Shown here in pieces: positions 1-9,573 of a DNA stretch of 64,000 bases. Within the stretch, counting starts at the first letter, position 1. Every line of letters starts with the position of its first letter. Origin of the DNA: Patescibacteria group bacterium (GTDB lineage Bacteria; Patescibacteriota; Patescibacteriia; Magasanikbacterales; UBA922); NCBI GenBank assembly GCA_018823045.1, contig JAHJIX010000022.1, forward strand, positions 1,508 to 65,507. The letters are read 5' to 3'. The notes beneath the pieces are model-generated. The model saw only the letters and a program-made list of their open reading frames with translations, had not been told where the DNA came from and ran no database searches. The position numbers and the translations under genes were made by a program.

Positions 1-31
1 TTTTCTGAGCATCCATGCAATTACACAAGAG

Positions 32-262
32 ATGGCACTCTTTCTGCAAACAAGTCTTCAGAGCCAACTCATGCCAGGGTTTTTCCTTGGGGTACTTTTT
101 ACTCTATTAGTCCTTCTATTTATTGCAAGTAAAAAACGATTACCCAGAAACCCATCATTACAAGAAATTTCTCCAGCAAGTACTCCACAAAAATTACAAA
201 TGCTCTTTTATTTTACCCTCATTGCATTTTTTATTTTGCTCACTGCCATCGTTATTCTGTAA
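32..262 (+). CDS. Hypothetical small membrane protein (two predicted hydrophobic helices)
   Basis: 76-aa ORF with two long hydrophobic stretches (FFLGVLFTLLVLLFIA; LFYFTLIAFFILLTAIVIL). No recognisable family. Lies just upstream of recJ. Confidence 0.25.
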   Translation: MALFLQTSLQSQLMPGFFLGVLFTLLVLLFIASKKRLPRNPSLQEISPASTPQKLQMLFYFTLIAFFILLTAIVIL

Positions 263-317
263 TATATTATACCACACATTGACGCATACGATAAATTATT
301 GATTTGATCTGATTATT

Positions 318-2093
318 ATGACTCATGCATCTCGTACCTGGGAATTACTTCCGCAAGCACCACAATCATTTATTAACGAACACAGTGACCTTGATCCATT
401 AATTATCAATTTACTCTACGAACGATCACTCCACACGCAAGAAGAAATTGATGCTTTTTTACATCCAAATTATAGCAACGATGTACATGATCCTTTTTTA
501 TTTCAAGACATGGATCGTGCTGTCCGTCGTTTATTTACTGCTATTGAAAAAGAAGAATATATTACCATTCATGGCGACTATGATGCTGATGGTGTAAGCG
601 CTGCCGTAATTTTACATGACACACTCACCACACTTGGGGCAAAACATGTCGACGTGTATCTCCCTCACAGAGAAACAGACGGCTATGGACTCAATAATAA
701 AACGATTGACTACCTCGCCACAGAAAAAACAACGCTTATTATTACCTGTGATTGTGGTATTAGTAATACTGCTGAAATTGCATATGCAAATAGCAAAGGA
801 ATAGATACTATTATTACTGACCATCACAGTGTTCCTGAAATATTGCCAGAAGCACATGCTATTATTCACCCAAAAGTTATTGGAGAATCATATCCAGATA
901 AAGAACTCGCAGGTGGTGCAGTCGCGTTTAAACTCGCACAAGGGCTCTTACACACACATCACCAAACACATAAGGAACTCCCAAATGGTGAAAGCCACGA
1001 AGGATTTGAAAAATGGCTCTTAGATATGGTCGCTATTGCGACGGTTGCAGATATGGTTCCTCTTCTCGGAGAATCACGAACGCTCACCCAATATGGATTA
1101 GTGGTACTCAATAAAACACGCCGAATAGGACTGAAAAAATTATTTCAAGAAACTGGACTCATGCATGATGACGAAAGTATGAAACAAGATATTGATGCAG
1201 TCACCATTGGGTTTCGTATTGCACCACAAATTAATGCGGCCGGAAGAATAGGAAACGCCAATGTCGCATATAATCTTCTTACCGCACAATATGGGACAGA
1301 TGCAATTGACTTAGCATTTACACTCAACCAAAATAACACAGAACGTCGCGAACTCACAGAACGCTATGTCGAGCAAGCCATAACTGACATTGAGGCAAAC
1401 CAAAAAGGCAATCCCATTCTCTTTGTCTATCATGAAACATGGACTACTGGTATTGTAGGACTCATTGCAAGCCGTTTAAAAACACTCTATGACACACCGG
1501 TTATTGCCATGGCACCAAATGGAAATGACATTACCGGATCCGGAAGAAGTATTAAGGGATTTAATCTCATTGAAGCACTCCGAGCAATGCCTGAATTTTT
1601 TGAGAAATTTGGTGGGCACCCTATGGCCTGTGGTTTTTCTTTAAAACATAAAGATGAACGCAAAACATTTGAACAAGCCTTCATGGCCTACTTTAAAGAA
1701 AAAACAAAAGATATAGATCTAAGCCTCACCCTTTCTATTGCAGCAAACATTACTCTTGCAGATATAAACTGGGAGCGCTATGATCTTCTTGAAAAATTCA
1801 AACCATTTGGACAAAAAAACCCTGAACCCATCTATGCTGCATATGGAGTGACCGTCTCACAATTTAAAGGAATAGGAAAAATAGCCAATCACTTAAAAAT
1901 AACACTGACTCAAGATGGCCACACAAAACAAGCTATCGGTTGGAATCTCTGTCTGACAGACAAAAAAAGTGTAAACTGGTGCAACCAATTAACTGTTGGA
2001 GAAAAAATTGATATCGCATTTCATATTGGAGTAAATGAATGGAATGGCAACCGTAATCTTCAATTAACAATTGTTGATATAAAACAATCTTAG
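318..2093 (+). CDS. recJ: Single-stranded-DNA-specific exonuclease RecJ (DHH/DHHA1 phosphoesterase)
   Basis: 591 aa. DHH-family motifs are present: HGDYDADGVSA (motif I-II), CDCGIS, TDHHSVPE (DHH motif), and the C-terminal GGHPMACG (DHHA1 GGH motif). Length and domain order are typical of RecJ. Confidence 0.88.
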   Translation: MTHASRTWELLPQAPQSFINEHSDLDPLIINLLYERSLHTQEEIDAFLHPNYSNDVHDPFLFQDMDRAVRRLFTAIEKEEYITIHGDYDADGVSAAVILHDTLTTLGAKHVDVYLPHRETDGYGLNNKTIDYLATEKTTLIITCDCGISNTAEIAYANSKGIDTIITDHHSVPEILPEAHAIIHPKVIGESYPDKELAGGAVAFKLAQGLLHTHHQTHKELPNGESHEGFEKWLLDMVAIATVADMVPLLGESRTLTQYGLVVLNKTRRIGLKKLFQETGLMHDDESMKQDIDAVTIGFRIAPQINAAGRIGNANVAYNLLTAQYGTDAIDLAFTLNQNNTERRELTERYVEQAITDIEANQKGNPILFVYHETWTTGIVGLIASRLKTLYDTPVIAMAPNGNDITGSGRSIKGFNLIEALRAMPEFFEKFGGHPMACGFSLKHKDERKTFEQAFMAYFKEKTKDIDLSLTLSIAANITLADINWERYDLLEKFKPFGQKNPEPIYAAYGVTVSQFKGIGKIANHLKITLTQDGHTKQAIGWNLCLTDKKSVNWCNQLTVGEKIDIAFHIGVNEWNGNRNLQLTIVDIKQS

Positions 2094-2127
2094 TACTCCT
2101 TACTACTCATATTAATCTTACATATTT

Positions 2128-2526
2128 ATGAACGTTTCTATTTATACAGATGGCGGTGCGCGTGGAAACCCAGGGCCTGCAGCAACTGGAATTATTATTA
2201 AAAATGATACTGAAGAAACAATTAAAGCCTATGGCGAATATTTAGGTGAACAAACAAATAATTATGCTGAATATAAAGCACTTATTTCAGCCTTACATAC
2301 GGCAAAAAAAATAGGCGCTACATCGGCCCACTGTTATCTTGATAGTAAATTAGTTGTAGAACAACTGAATAGAAGATGGAAGGTCAAAAATCTCAATATT
2401 CAAAAACTTTTTGTCGAAGCTTGGAATAGTATGCAACAATTTGAACAGATAAAAATAACACACATCCGTCGTGAAAAAAACAAAGAAGCTGATGCTGAAG
2501 TTAACAAGGTTCTTGATGCACGCTAA
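2128..2526 (+). CDS. rnhA: Ribonuclease HI
   Basis: 132 aa. The N-terminus IYTDGGARGNPGPAATG matches the RNase H catalytic DxG(G/S)xxxNPG signature. The EYKAL and later HxRREKN(KE)AD motifs are also present. Confidence 0.85.
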   Translation: MNVSIYTDGGARGNPGPAATGIIIKNDTEETIKAYGEYLGEQTNNYAEYKALISALHTAKKIGATSAHCYLDSKLVVEQLNRRWKVKNLNIQKLFVEAWNSMQQFEQIKITHIRREKNKEADAEVNKVLDAR

Positions 2527-2557
2527 ACCGCTATAAAAAACATATTTTCTAAAAAAA

Positions 2558-3982
2558 TCATCCACGAATTAGTGCGGTGATTTCTTCTATTTGTCTTGGT
2601 TCTACCGCTTTTGTTACAAACAACATCAATAGATAAACCAGTGCACCTACAACAATACTCATCAATAATGAAACACTACCAGAAAGCATGTTTACAACCA
2701 CTCCCATTGTCACAACAGCAATACCCATTTGTATAAATTTTTTCAATAAATATAATCCCGAAATACGAACAACCTGACGCACAATGTATACGCCAAACAA
2801 TACAAGTAATATATTCCCAGCCACAGCAGCCACAGCAGCACCAACAATACCATAGATTGGAATCAAAACCATATTTAACCCAATATTTACCAGCATCACC
2901 ACACCTGCAATAATCGTTTGTGTTTTTTGTCGATTACACGCATTTAAACATGCACCAATCGGAAAGCTCATAAAAAAGAAAAACAACCCACCCATTAAAA
3001 TTTGTAACGGCAAAATAGAATCAATATACGTATCAGTATAAATAAGTAACACAATATCTCGTGCAAGCAATCCTATCCCGACTGCAATTGGTAATACAAT
3101 AATTCCTAAATAAATAATTCCTTGATGAAATATTGTTGCTAACCGTTCTTTATTTGTTGTAAAATATTCACTCATACGCGGATACAATGATGCCACCAGA
3201 GCAAACGGAATAAACTGAAAAGCAAAATTTATTTTCATTGGCACAGCATAAATACCAGCAGCACTATCACCAAGCATATGTTTTAACATCAAACCATCTA
3301 TATATGAATAGACACGAGCAAAAATAGCGGCAAAAGCAAATGGCACCGCAATACGGGCAATATGATAAAAAATATCTTTTTTAAATATAGGACGTATCGA
3401 TATATGATATTTTTCTTTTAATATACGACGAACATACAATACATTCATCGCACTTGATATGGTAAATGCGGCAATCAAATACACAAGAGGCAACGCAAAA
3501 TACAAGGCAAGACCCCCTAATATTAATGTAAGCGCTTGGCTCATGAGGACACCAACTGCTTCATATTTTAATACACCATACCCACGTAAAACAGCATACA
3601 AACTTAAATGAAGTGAATCAAATAACATAGTCATACCAGAAATATACAACATAAGACGATATTCACTATCATATCCAAACAGATATGCCAACACGATTAA
3701 TCCCAAATAAGCAAGAATAGCTAATACTATTTTCGTCGCCAATACTGTTGATAAATATGTCTGTGCTTTCTCTTTTGCCCGAGCGACTTCTCTGACTAAT
3801 ACGGTACTTAATCCCAAATCCACAAAGACAACAACAATTGTCGTAAAAGCAAGAACGGTCGTATAACGACCTGTTAATTCTGTTCCTAAAAAGCGCGCAA
3901 TCATTGCAAAATATGCAAAAGCAATAATTTTTTGACCAACAGAGGCAATCGTCATCCACGTTGTGTTTTTTGCTACAGACAT
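2558..3982 (-). CDS. MOP-superfamily oligosaccharide/lipid-linked glycan flippase (Wzx/MurJ-like polysaccharide biosynthesis protein)
   Basis: 474 aa and highly hydrophobic, with roughly 12-14 predicted TM helices. The N-terminal pattern NTTWMTIASVGQKIIAFAYFAMIARFLG is typical of Wzx/MurJ/SpoVB flippases. Confidence 0.65.
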   Translation of the reverse strand: MSVAKNTTWMTIASVGQKIIAFAYFAMIARFLGTELTGRYTTVLAFTTIVVVFVDLGLSTVLVREVARAKEKAQTYLSTVLATKIVLAILAYLGLIVLAYLFGYDSEYRLMLYISGMTMLFDSLHLSLYAVLRGYGVLKYEAVGVLMSQALTLILGGLALYFALPLVYLIAAFTISSAMNVLYVRRILKEKYHISIRPIFKKDIFYHIARIAVPFAFAAIFARVYSYIDGLMLKHMLGDSAAGIYAVPMKINFAFQFIPFALVASLYPRMSEYFTTNKERLATIFHQGIIYLGIIVLPIAVGIGLLARDIVLLIYTDTYIDSILPLQILMGGLFFFFMSFPIGACLNACNRQKTQTIIAGVVMLVNIGLNMVLIPIYGIVGAAVAAVAGNILLVLFGVYIVRQVVRISGLYLLKKFIQMGIAVVTMGVVVNMLSGSVSLLMSIVVGALVYLLMLFVTKAVEPRQIEEITALIRG

Positions 3983-4051
3983 AAATATGTAAAATATATG
4001 AAGATAAAAACAATATTATTTTACCTTATTTTAGGCGAAAATACAAACAAA

Positions 4052-4080
4052 TTGACAATAGTCCCCTTTTTTGCTATGAT
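4052..4080 (+). promoter_or_regulatory. Sigma70-like promoter TTGACA-17-TATGAT oriented toward rny
   Basis: Exact TTGACA at 4052-4057, a 17-nt spacer, then TATGAT at 4075-4080. About 275 nt upstream of the rny start codon, which has a strong AAAGAGG RBS. Confidence 0.4.
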
Positions 4081-4356
4081 ATATGTATATTTTATACATT
4101 ATACATGTTGAGGCTGTATTGATTGCAAGCATGTCTGTGGGAAAAATGATACTGACATTTCAGAAAAGAAATCCCATTTGTATATATTTATCAATTGTTA
4201 TCATTATGAAGAATATTTCTTCACATAGTTATATAAACGCCACTTCACTTATCGTGGCCTATCCCATGGACTCATAAACCATGGAATATTGTGATACATA
4301 TATATTCAGACATCTTCTATAATCAAGCACCCTCTTCATAATCTAAAGAGGTATTT

Positions 4357-5880
4357 ATGTTTGTACAAATAACTATCGCAGCAATCATTAGTGCTGCAAT
4401 CGGTGGACTCATTGGCTACGCTGCCAGAAAACGTATGGCAAAGGCTGACGCAAATTCTATCGAAGCACAAGCGGAAAAACGATTAGCCGAAGCACACAAC
4501 AAAGAGCAAGAACTTATACTCAAAGCAAAAGAAAAAGCCCTCGAAATTATTGAGGAGGCTAAAATTGAAGAAAAAAAGCGCCAAGCAGATTTAGACAAAA
4601 CACGAGAACGTATTGAAAATCGTGAATCACTTGTTGATACCAAACTTCAAGAGTTTGAAACACGAAAACAAAAGTTAGAAGAGAAAGTACAAGAAATTTT
4701 AAGCATCAAAGAAAAGGTAGAAGAAGCACGAGCAAAAAGTGTTCAACGCTTAGAGGAAATTGGTAAACTATCACAAGAAGACGCAAAAATAGAGTTAACA
4801 CAACATGTTGAAAGAGATGCCCAAGAAGATTTATTACATTTACGCATTAAGCTCGATCGTCGCAATCAAGAAGATATTGAACGAGAAGCAAAAGAAAAGG
4901 TCATTAATGCAATGCAACGCACTGCATGTGACCACTCTCAAGAAACAACAGGAACCATGATTGAACTTCCAAGTGATGAAATGAAAGGAAGAATCATCGG
5001 AAAAGAAGGAAGAAATATTAAAACAATTGAAAAAATGACCGGCTGTGAGCTTATCATCGATGAGACACCAAACATGCTTGTTATTTCTAGTTTCTCCCCT
5101 ATTCGTCGCCGTGTTTGTTACTTAGCGCTCAAAAAACTCATTACTGATGGCCGCATTCAGCCAGCACGTATTGAAGAATTTATCGAAGAATCAAAAAAAG
5201 AATTAGCACTCGATATCCACAAAGCAGGAGAAGAAGCGCTCCACAAAATGGGAATTATTGGTATCGACCCAAAACTTGTTTCTATTGTTGGTCGTCTAAA
5301 ATATCGCACCAGTTATGGACAAAATGTCTTAAACCATTCTATCGAAGTTGGCTATTTATCTGGCCTTATGGCAGAAGAACTTGGCATGAATCCAGCAAAA
5401 GCAAGAAAAGCAGGATTTTTTCATGATATTGGAAAAGCAATTGATCATGAAACACAAGGAGCGCATACTGAAATTGGTCATACCATCTTAAAGAAATTTA
5501 ATATTGATGAAGAAACAGCAGAAGTAGCACTTACTCATCACGATACCAATCCACCACTCTTACTGACAAAAGTAGTTATGGCAGCAGACGCAATTTCTGC
5601 ATCACGTGTGGGGGCTCGTCGCGATACCTTTGAACAATATGTTGCACGTCTTGAAGAACTAGAAGATACAGCCAAAGACTTCCCTGGTGTTGAGCGAGTA
5701 TATGCTATTCAAGCAGGTCGTGAAATTCGTGTTTTTGTTAATCCAACACAAATTGATGATTACCAAGCATATAATTTAGCAAAAGATATTGCGCGTAAAA
5801 TTGAAAGTCAATTACAATATCCTGGAGAAATCAAAGTACATCTTATTCGTGAATCAAAAATTATTGAATACGCACGATAA
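4357..5880 (+). CDS. rny: Ribonuclease Y (membrane-anchored KH + HD domain endoribonuclease)
   Basis: 507 aa. It has an N-terminal TM helix and a long coiled-coil Lys/Glu-rich segment. The KH motif is IIGKEGRNIKTIEKMTG. The HD domain is HSIEVGYL...FFHDIGKA...HH. This is the canonical RNase Y architecture. Confidence 0.9.
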   Translation: MFVQITIAAIISAAIGGLIGYAARKRMAKADANSIEAQAEKRLAEAHNKEQELILKAKEKALEIIEEAKIEEKKRQADLDKTRERIENRESLVDTKLQEFETRKQKLEEKVQEILSIKEKVEEARAKSVQRLEEIGKLSQEDAKIELTQHVERDAQEDLLHLRIKLDRRNQEDIEREAKEKVINAMQRTACDHSQETTGTMIELPSDEMKGRIIGKEGRNIKTIEKMTGCELIIDETPNMLVISSFSPIRRRVCYLALKKLITDGRIQPARIEEFIEESKKELALDIHKAGEEALHKMGIIGIDPKLVSIVGRLKYRTSYGQNVLNHSIEVGYLSGLMAEELGMNPAKARKAGFFHDIGKAIDHETQGAHTEIGHTILKKFNIDEETAEVALTHHDTNPPLLLTKVVMAADAISASRVGARRDTFEQYVARLEELEDTAKDFPGVERVYAIQAGREIRVFVNPTQIDDYQAYNLAKDIARKIESQLQYPGEIKVHLIRESKIIEYAR

Positions 5881-5901
5881 ACACCAACAACAAATAAAAA
5901 A

Positions 5902-5928
5902 ACAAGAATACTCTTTCTTGTTTTTTTT
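5902..5928 (+). terminator. Rho-independent terminator after rny
   Basis: Hairpin ACAAGAA-tactct-TTCTTGT followed by a T8 run. Confidence 0.5.
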
Positions 5929-6003
5929 ATACTAACACCAACAAAATAGAAAAAACGAAATATGCACATATTGCGAAACAGGTCTATTATATTCTCGGCT
6001 CTA

Positions 6004-6032
6004 TTGACAGTAATTTCGCTTTATTGTACAAT
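6004..6032 (+). promoter_or_regulatory. Sigma70-like promoter TTGACA-17-TACAAT upstream of hup
   Basis: TTGACA at 6004-6009, a 17-nt spacer, then TACAAT at 6027-6032. About 85 nt upstream of the HU start codon. Confidence 0.4.
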
Positions 6033-6115
6033 AAAGATAATTCACCCATCCAGAAACATCTGTTTGGGGATAATATCTCATTTACATACCCTATTTAGGA
6101 ACTAATGTAATATAT

Positions 6116-6457
6116 ATGAATAAAGCAAGCTTAGCACAAACAATTGCTGAACGTGTCGGTACCTCAAAAAAAGAGGCCGAAGAAATGGTGAACACATTTG
6201 TCCATATTGTTATGGAACAATTGCAAAAAAATGAAACAGTGAATATTGCAGGTTTTGGTCAATTTAGTGCAAAAACACGTGCTGGACGCATTGGTGTAAA
6301 CCCACAAAACCCAACAGAAAAAATTACAATTCCCCCAGTGACTGTGCCAAAGTTTAAAGCAGGAAAAGCACTCAAAGATGCACTCAAGGGAAAAAGAGTT
6401 TTTACTCCTCCTGCAGCAAAAATAGAAGAGCCTGTAACACCAACTACACACTTCTAA
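6116..6457 (+). CDS. hup: HU/IHF-family nucleoid DNA-binding protein with short C-terminal extension
   Basis: 113 aa. MNKASLAQTIAERVG...NIAGFGQFSAKTRAGRIGVNPQNPTEKITIP matches the HU beta-arm pattern (GFGxF...R.aR.GrNP.T.e...i). The C-terminal Lys/Pro-rich tail is extra. Confidence 0.85.
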   Translation: MNKASLAQTIAERVGTSKKEAEEMVNTFVHIVMEQLQKNETVNIAGFGQFSAKTRAGRIGVNPQNPTEKITIPPVTVPKFKAGKALKDALKGKRVFTPPAAKIEEPVTPTTHF

Positions 6458-6474
6458 ATAATTGATACAAACAA

Positions 6475-6502
6475 AAAATACACCACCTGTGGTGTATTTT
6501 TA
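6475..6502 (+). terminator. Rho-independent terminator after hup
   Basis: Palindrome TACACCAC-ct-GTGGTGTA with an A-run before it and a T5 run after it. Confidence 0.5.
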
Positions 6503-6539
6503 ATTATAGAAGATATGATCCTACTCACCACAATAATAA

Positions 6540-6568
6540 TTGACAAATTCTAAAATATCCTATATACT
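6540..6568 (+). promoter_or_regulatory. Sigma70-like promoter TTGACA-17-TATACT upstream of the tRNA pair
   Basis: TTGACA at 6540-6545, a 17-nt spacer, then TATACT at 6563-6568. About 45 nt upstream of the first tRNA. Confidence 0.35.
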
Positions 6569-6612
6569 ACTCACTATATTAGTCCAAACAGTCACTGGCT
6601 ACCAACCAAAAC

Positions 6613-6684
6613 GGCCCGTTCGTCTAATGGTTAGGACGCTTGGTTCTCATCCAAGTAATAGGGGTTCGATTCCCCTACGGGCTA
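6613..6684 (+). tRNA. tRNA-Glu (anticodon CTC)
   Basis: 72-nt cloverleaf folded by hand. Acceptor stem GGCCCGT/ACGGGCT (one G-T wobble). D-stem GTCT/GGAC. Anticodon stem CTTGG/CCAAG with loop TTCTCAT (anticodon CTC). T-stem AGGGG/CCCCT with TTCGATT T-loop. Discriminator A. No encoded CCA. The GGCCCGTT...GGTTAGGAC start is typical of bacterial tRNA-Glu. Confidence 0.8.
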
Positions 6685-6704
6685 CAAAAAACTCAGTATA
6701 ACAT

Positions 6705-6778
6705 GGCAGAGTAGCTCAGTTGGTAAGAGCGTAGGATTCATAACCCTAAGGTCGGGAGTTCAACTCTCCCCTCTGTCA
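6705..6778 (+). tRNA. tRNA with CAT anticodon, elongator-type (tRNA-Met, or tRNA-Ile2 if lysidinylated)
   Basis: 74-nt cloverleaf. Acceptor GGCAGAG/CTCTGTC with a paired 1-72 (G-C), so it is not an initiator. D-stem GCTC/GAGC. Anticodon stem TAGGA/CCCTA with an A31-C39 mismatch and loop TTCATAA (anticodon CAT). Variable loop AGGTC. T-stem GGGAG/CTCCC with loop TTCAACT. Discriminator A. Confidence 0.78.
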
Positions 6779-6784
6779 CAAAAA

Positions 6785-6815
6785 ATAACAGCATTTACTG
6801 CTGTTATTTTTTTAT
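6785..6815. terminator. Bidirectional rho-independent terminator between the tRNA pair (+) and the convergent 682-aa gene (-)
   Basis: Hairpin ATAACAGCA-tttac-TGCTGTTAT flanked by an A-run upstream and T7 downstream. Confidence 0.5.
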
Positions 6816-6831
6816 CACAATTTTGCCATTA

Positions 6832-8880
6832 TTATTTTAATCTCGTAATCACCAGAGATGCGGCAGACTCATTATCATGCAACACTTGATCATCTGAATC
6901 CCAATCAGACATATCTATATTATCTCTATTTTCATTAGCACCTTTTTGAAAATAATAAGAAATAATGCCCGCATGAGCTAATTCCTCAAGCGCCGCTGTC
7001 AACCCATCTGCATCAAAGTATCCCGCTTCTTTAGACCCACCAAAATATACCCGTTGATTTATTGGCCCTAAAATATACTTACCACCAACCTTTACATAAT
7101 CAATAGAATCTCGGATATCCCGATAAAAACCATCTTTATTTAAATCATTCCATCCATGCATGGTGACAGAAGTAAGAGCAATAATTCTATCTTGAGGGTA
7201 CATATCAGGCATATCATATGGAAAAAATCCATGAATAGGCACTGATTTTTCCGTTCGTCTCTTAAAAAAATGTTGTTGGGCCCATGCTCGTTCTGCGTCC
7301 ACAAAATACGCTTCTTTAACCGTATTATCTAATGGAATATTATTTTCTTCAAAACGTCTTTGCTCTGATAATAGAATGGGAAGCACTTCTCTCTTATATT
7401 GTAATCCTTGTTTTAATCGATCGACTGCTTCTTGTAAAAAATCTTTTGTACGCTTATTCACAATACGTCCTGGAACAAAGAAACCAAAGGCTCCATCATC
7501 CATTAATCCATTACTTGTTGCATCTAAAACATCATAATCTTCCAAAACAGCTAATTGTGGGTCATTTTTATCATGGTAATTCATCAAATTTTCTGCAAAA
7601 TGATTTAAATCGTGTAAACCACTTGACACACGATCTTGTGATGTTATATATGGTAATTGATTTAACCAACTTTTTACTTTATTTAACTGTCTATCGTAAT
7701 TAGGAATAAACATAGATAAATAATCATGTGGTAATTTTTGTATATATTGCTCCCAACGCTCAATAAATTTTTTCCACTTTTCTGGATTTCCTAATCCTTC
7801 TAATGCATTTTGTTTATATTCATACCATTGATTAATATCATCAACTCCTGCTTGATACTCCTCACGAGCAGTTTCTTCAATTTGATCTAATTCTTCTTGA
7901 GAAAAATCTTTTTTACTTCTATGTTCAGTAGATCGATTATTTAGATCATCTATATAAAAATCAATATAATCTTCTATATATGTGTCTATATCATCATAAC
8001 CTAAAAATGTTCTTAGCTGATTTCTTGACCAAGATCCATCAGTTAATATGTTCTTTATTTCCTCTAATTCTGATAATTGATCTTCAATATCTTTTTCTAA
8101 ATTTGGGTTATCATAGTCATAGACAAACTGATCACAAACATCAAAACAACGTCTAACAAATGCACTATATGGATTATTCATTGGAGTAAAATTTCCATAT
8201 ATATTATCCAAAGCACGAATATCTTCATGGTATACGTTCTCTAACCAAGATTTTGGCCAATAGATATCTTGACCTTCTTTTTTTAAAAATATTTGTAAGT
8301 ACCCAGAAGGAATCATCTCATCTGCATATTCATACTCAATAATCGTTGTATTTTCCCTATCACATCGTTGAAATGGATCTCCTATAACAGCTATACGCCC
8401 ATCTTTTGGCCATACTTCTTCTTGTGGCAAATCAAACAAATCTGGATACATCCACATTGGACGAGATTTAACCACTTTTGTTGTCTCTGAACGTCCTTTC
8501 AATAACTCAAATTGTTCATCTCCCTGCATAGAAATTTTATCTAGGACTACCGTAGTCTCTCCTACTTTTAGCGTATATTCAACAAGATGCTCGTCATAGT
8601 TAATATCTAGGGTTATCCAGCCATTTTGTTCAATACCATCATCTTGTTTAACCAAAATTGGAAGTGCATAAATTTTTTGGTCTGGTGTTTCAACTATAGA
8701 ACCTTGACTATCAATATGGATATCTTCATATCCATATTCTTGAAATAATTCTTGCTTTTGTACTAATATCTTTTCTAATGATTTTCGCGTATGCAATGCA
8801 GATTCTTGCTTATTTTTTATTGTTTCGTCAACAGGTTCTCTTTCAATTCCAAATTTAAATCCAATTTCATTATAGAGCAT
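6832..8880 (-). CDS. Hypothetical 682-aa acidic cytoplasmic protein, no recognisable domain
   Basis: Long uninterrupted ORF in a tight co-directional array (13-bp gap to the upstream kinase gene). No TM helix or signal peptide. Rich in D/E/Y/W. I recognise no catalytic motif. Confidence 0.6.
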   Translation of the reverse strand: MLYNEIGFKFGIEREPVDETIKNKQESALHTRKSLEKILVQKQELFQEYGYEDIHIDSQGSIVETPDQKIYALPILVKQDDGIEQNGWITLDINYDEHLVEYTLKVGETTVVLDKISMQGDEQFELLKGRSETTKVVKSRPMWMYPDLFDLPQEEVWPKDGRIAVIGDPFQRCDRENTTIIEYEYADEMIPSGYLQIFLKKEGQDIYWPKSWLENVYHEDIRALDNIYGNFTPMNNPYSAFVRRCFDVCDQFVYDYDNPNLEKDIEDQLSELEEIKNILTDGSWSRNQLRTFLGYDDIDTYIEDYIDFYIDDLNNRSTEHRSKKDFSQEELDQIEETAREEYQAGVDDINQWYEYKQNALEGLGNPEKWKKFIERWEQYIQKLPHDYLSMFIPNYDRQLNKVKSWLNQLPYITSQDRVSSGLHDLNHFAENLMNYHDKNDPQLAVLEDYDVLDATSNGLMDDGAFGFFVPGRIVNKRTKDFLQEAVDRLKQGLQYKREVLPILLSEQRRFEENNIPLDNTVKEAYFVDAERAWAQQHFFKRRTEKSVPIHGFFPYDMPDMYPQDRIIALTSVTMHGWNDLNKDGFYRDIRDSIDYVKVGGKYILGPINQRVYFGGSKEAGYFDADGLTAALEELAHAGIISYYFQKGANENRDNIDMSDWDSDDQVLHDNESAASLVITRLK

Positions 8881-8893
8881 AAAAATTAATACA

Positions 8894-9553
8894 TTATTGA
8901 TTTAGTAAAATATACACTTGTTCATAGGCATTTGACAAATCTATATATGGAAATGTTTTTCTTAATGCATCAAAAACACTCTTTATGTCTGTGCGTGTCA
9001 TATCTTTAGGGTTAATCATCCGCACGCCCCCAAAATCTATCCATTCCAATTTCATACTTTCCGCATTCCATAAGATATTATTTACATTAAAATCTGTATT
9101 TATAACCCCACGTGCTATTGATTTTATAACACTGTCTCTGAAAGATATAATTGATCTATCTGGTATCATATCTCGTTGTGTTTTTTTCATTCGCCCCAAT
9201 GGTATCCCTGTTAAATATTCCATATCTATTGATTTTTCATCATGCCAATATACTCTTGGGATACCACTAATTCCCTTTAAACGATCTAATACACCATATT
9301 CAAATTGGATGTCACTTTCACGTGCTTGTGTAAATGTTTTACGAACAAAAGGCAGCTTGTGATCTCCATAAGTTGCTTCCATTAACCAAACAACGGCCTG
9401 TGCACCCTTTCCAATTTTTTTTTGTTTTTGTGCACCTAATAATAGTTCTTTTATATCAATCCCTTGATCGATTAATTCAATTAAATCAATAGATTTAACA
9501 ACTTCTACTTCAGGATTGATATCAAATCTACCCACTAATTCAGGACTACGCAT
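8894..9553 (-). CDS. Small atypical protein-kinase-like protein (minimal ePK fold; Kdo/WaaP / RIO / Bud32-like)
   Basis: 219 aa. Glycine-rich loop IGKGAQAVVW. Candidate VAIK-like lysine in PFVRKTF. Catalytic-loop-like INTDFNVNNILW (D...N). Mg-binding IDFGG (DFG). No activation-loop extension or substrate-binding lobe, as in Kdo/RIO-type minimal kinases. Confidence 0.55.
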   Translation of the reverse strand: MRSPELVGRFDINPEVEVVKSIDLIELIDQGIDIKELLLGAQKQKKIGKGAQAVVWLMEATYGDHKLPFVRKTFTQARESDIQFEYGVLDRLKGISGIPRVYWHDEKSIDMEYLTGIPLGRMKKTQRDMIPDRSIISFRDSVIKSIARGVINTDFNVNNILWNAESMKLEWIDFGGVRMINPKDMTRTDIKSVFDALRKTFPYIDLSNAYEQVYILLNQ

Positions 9554-9573
9554 ATATCATATTAAACATATAT

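Noticed and set aside
612-869. Small ORFs nested in or antisense to recJ (612-869 minus, 616-804 and 829-1023 plus) and similar nested ORFs elsewhere (e.g. 3669-4013, 7332-7703, 8985-9362, 37547-37993, 49156-49674, 62671-63123)
   Set aside because: All are embedded within or antisense to long ORFs with clear family signatures. They have no RBS context and low-complexity composition, so they are taken as non-coding frame artefacts.
4083-4277. 64-aa ORF in the rny leader
   Set aside because: It has Ile/Tyr-rich composition and no RBS. It lies between a promoter and the rny RBS, so it is more likely untranslated leader than a gene.
6705-6778. Possibility that the CAT-anticodon tRNA is the initiator tRNA-fMet
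   Set aside because: Positions 1 and 72 form a normal G-C pair (initiators have a 1-72 mismatch). The anticodon stem lacks the three consecutive G-C pairs typical of initiators, since position 31-39 is A-C. It is therefore called elongator Met (or Ile2).
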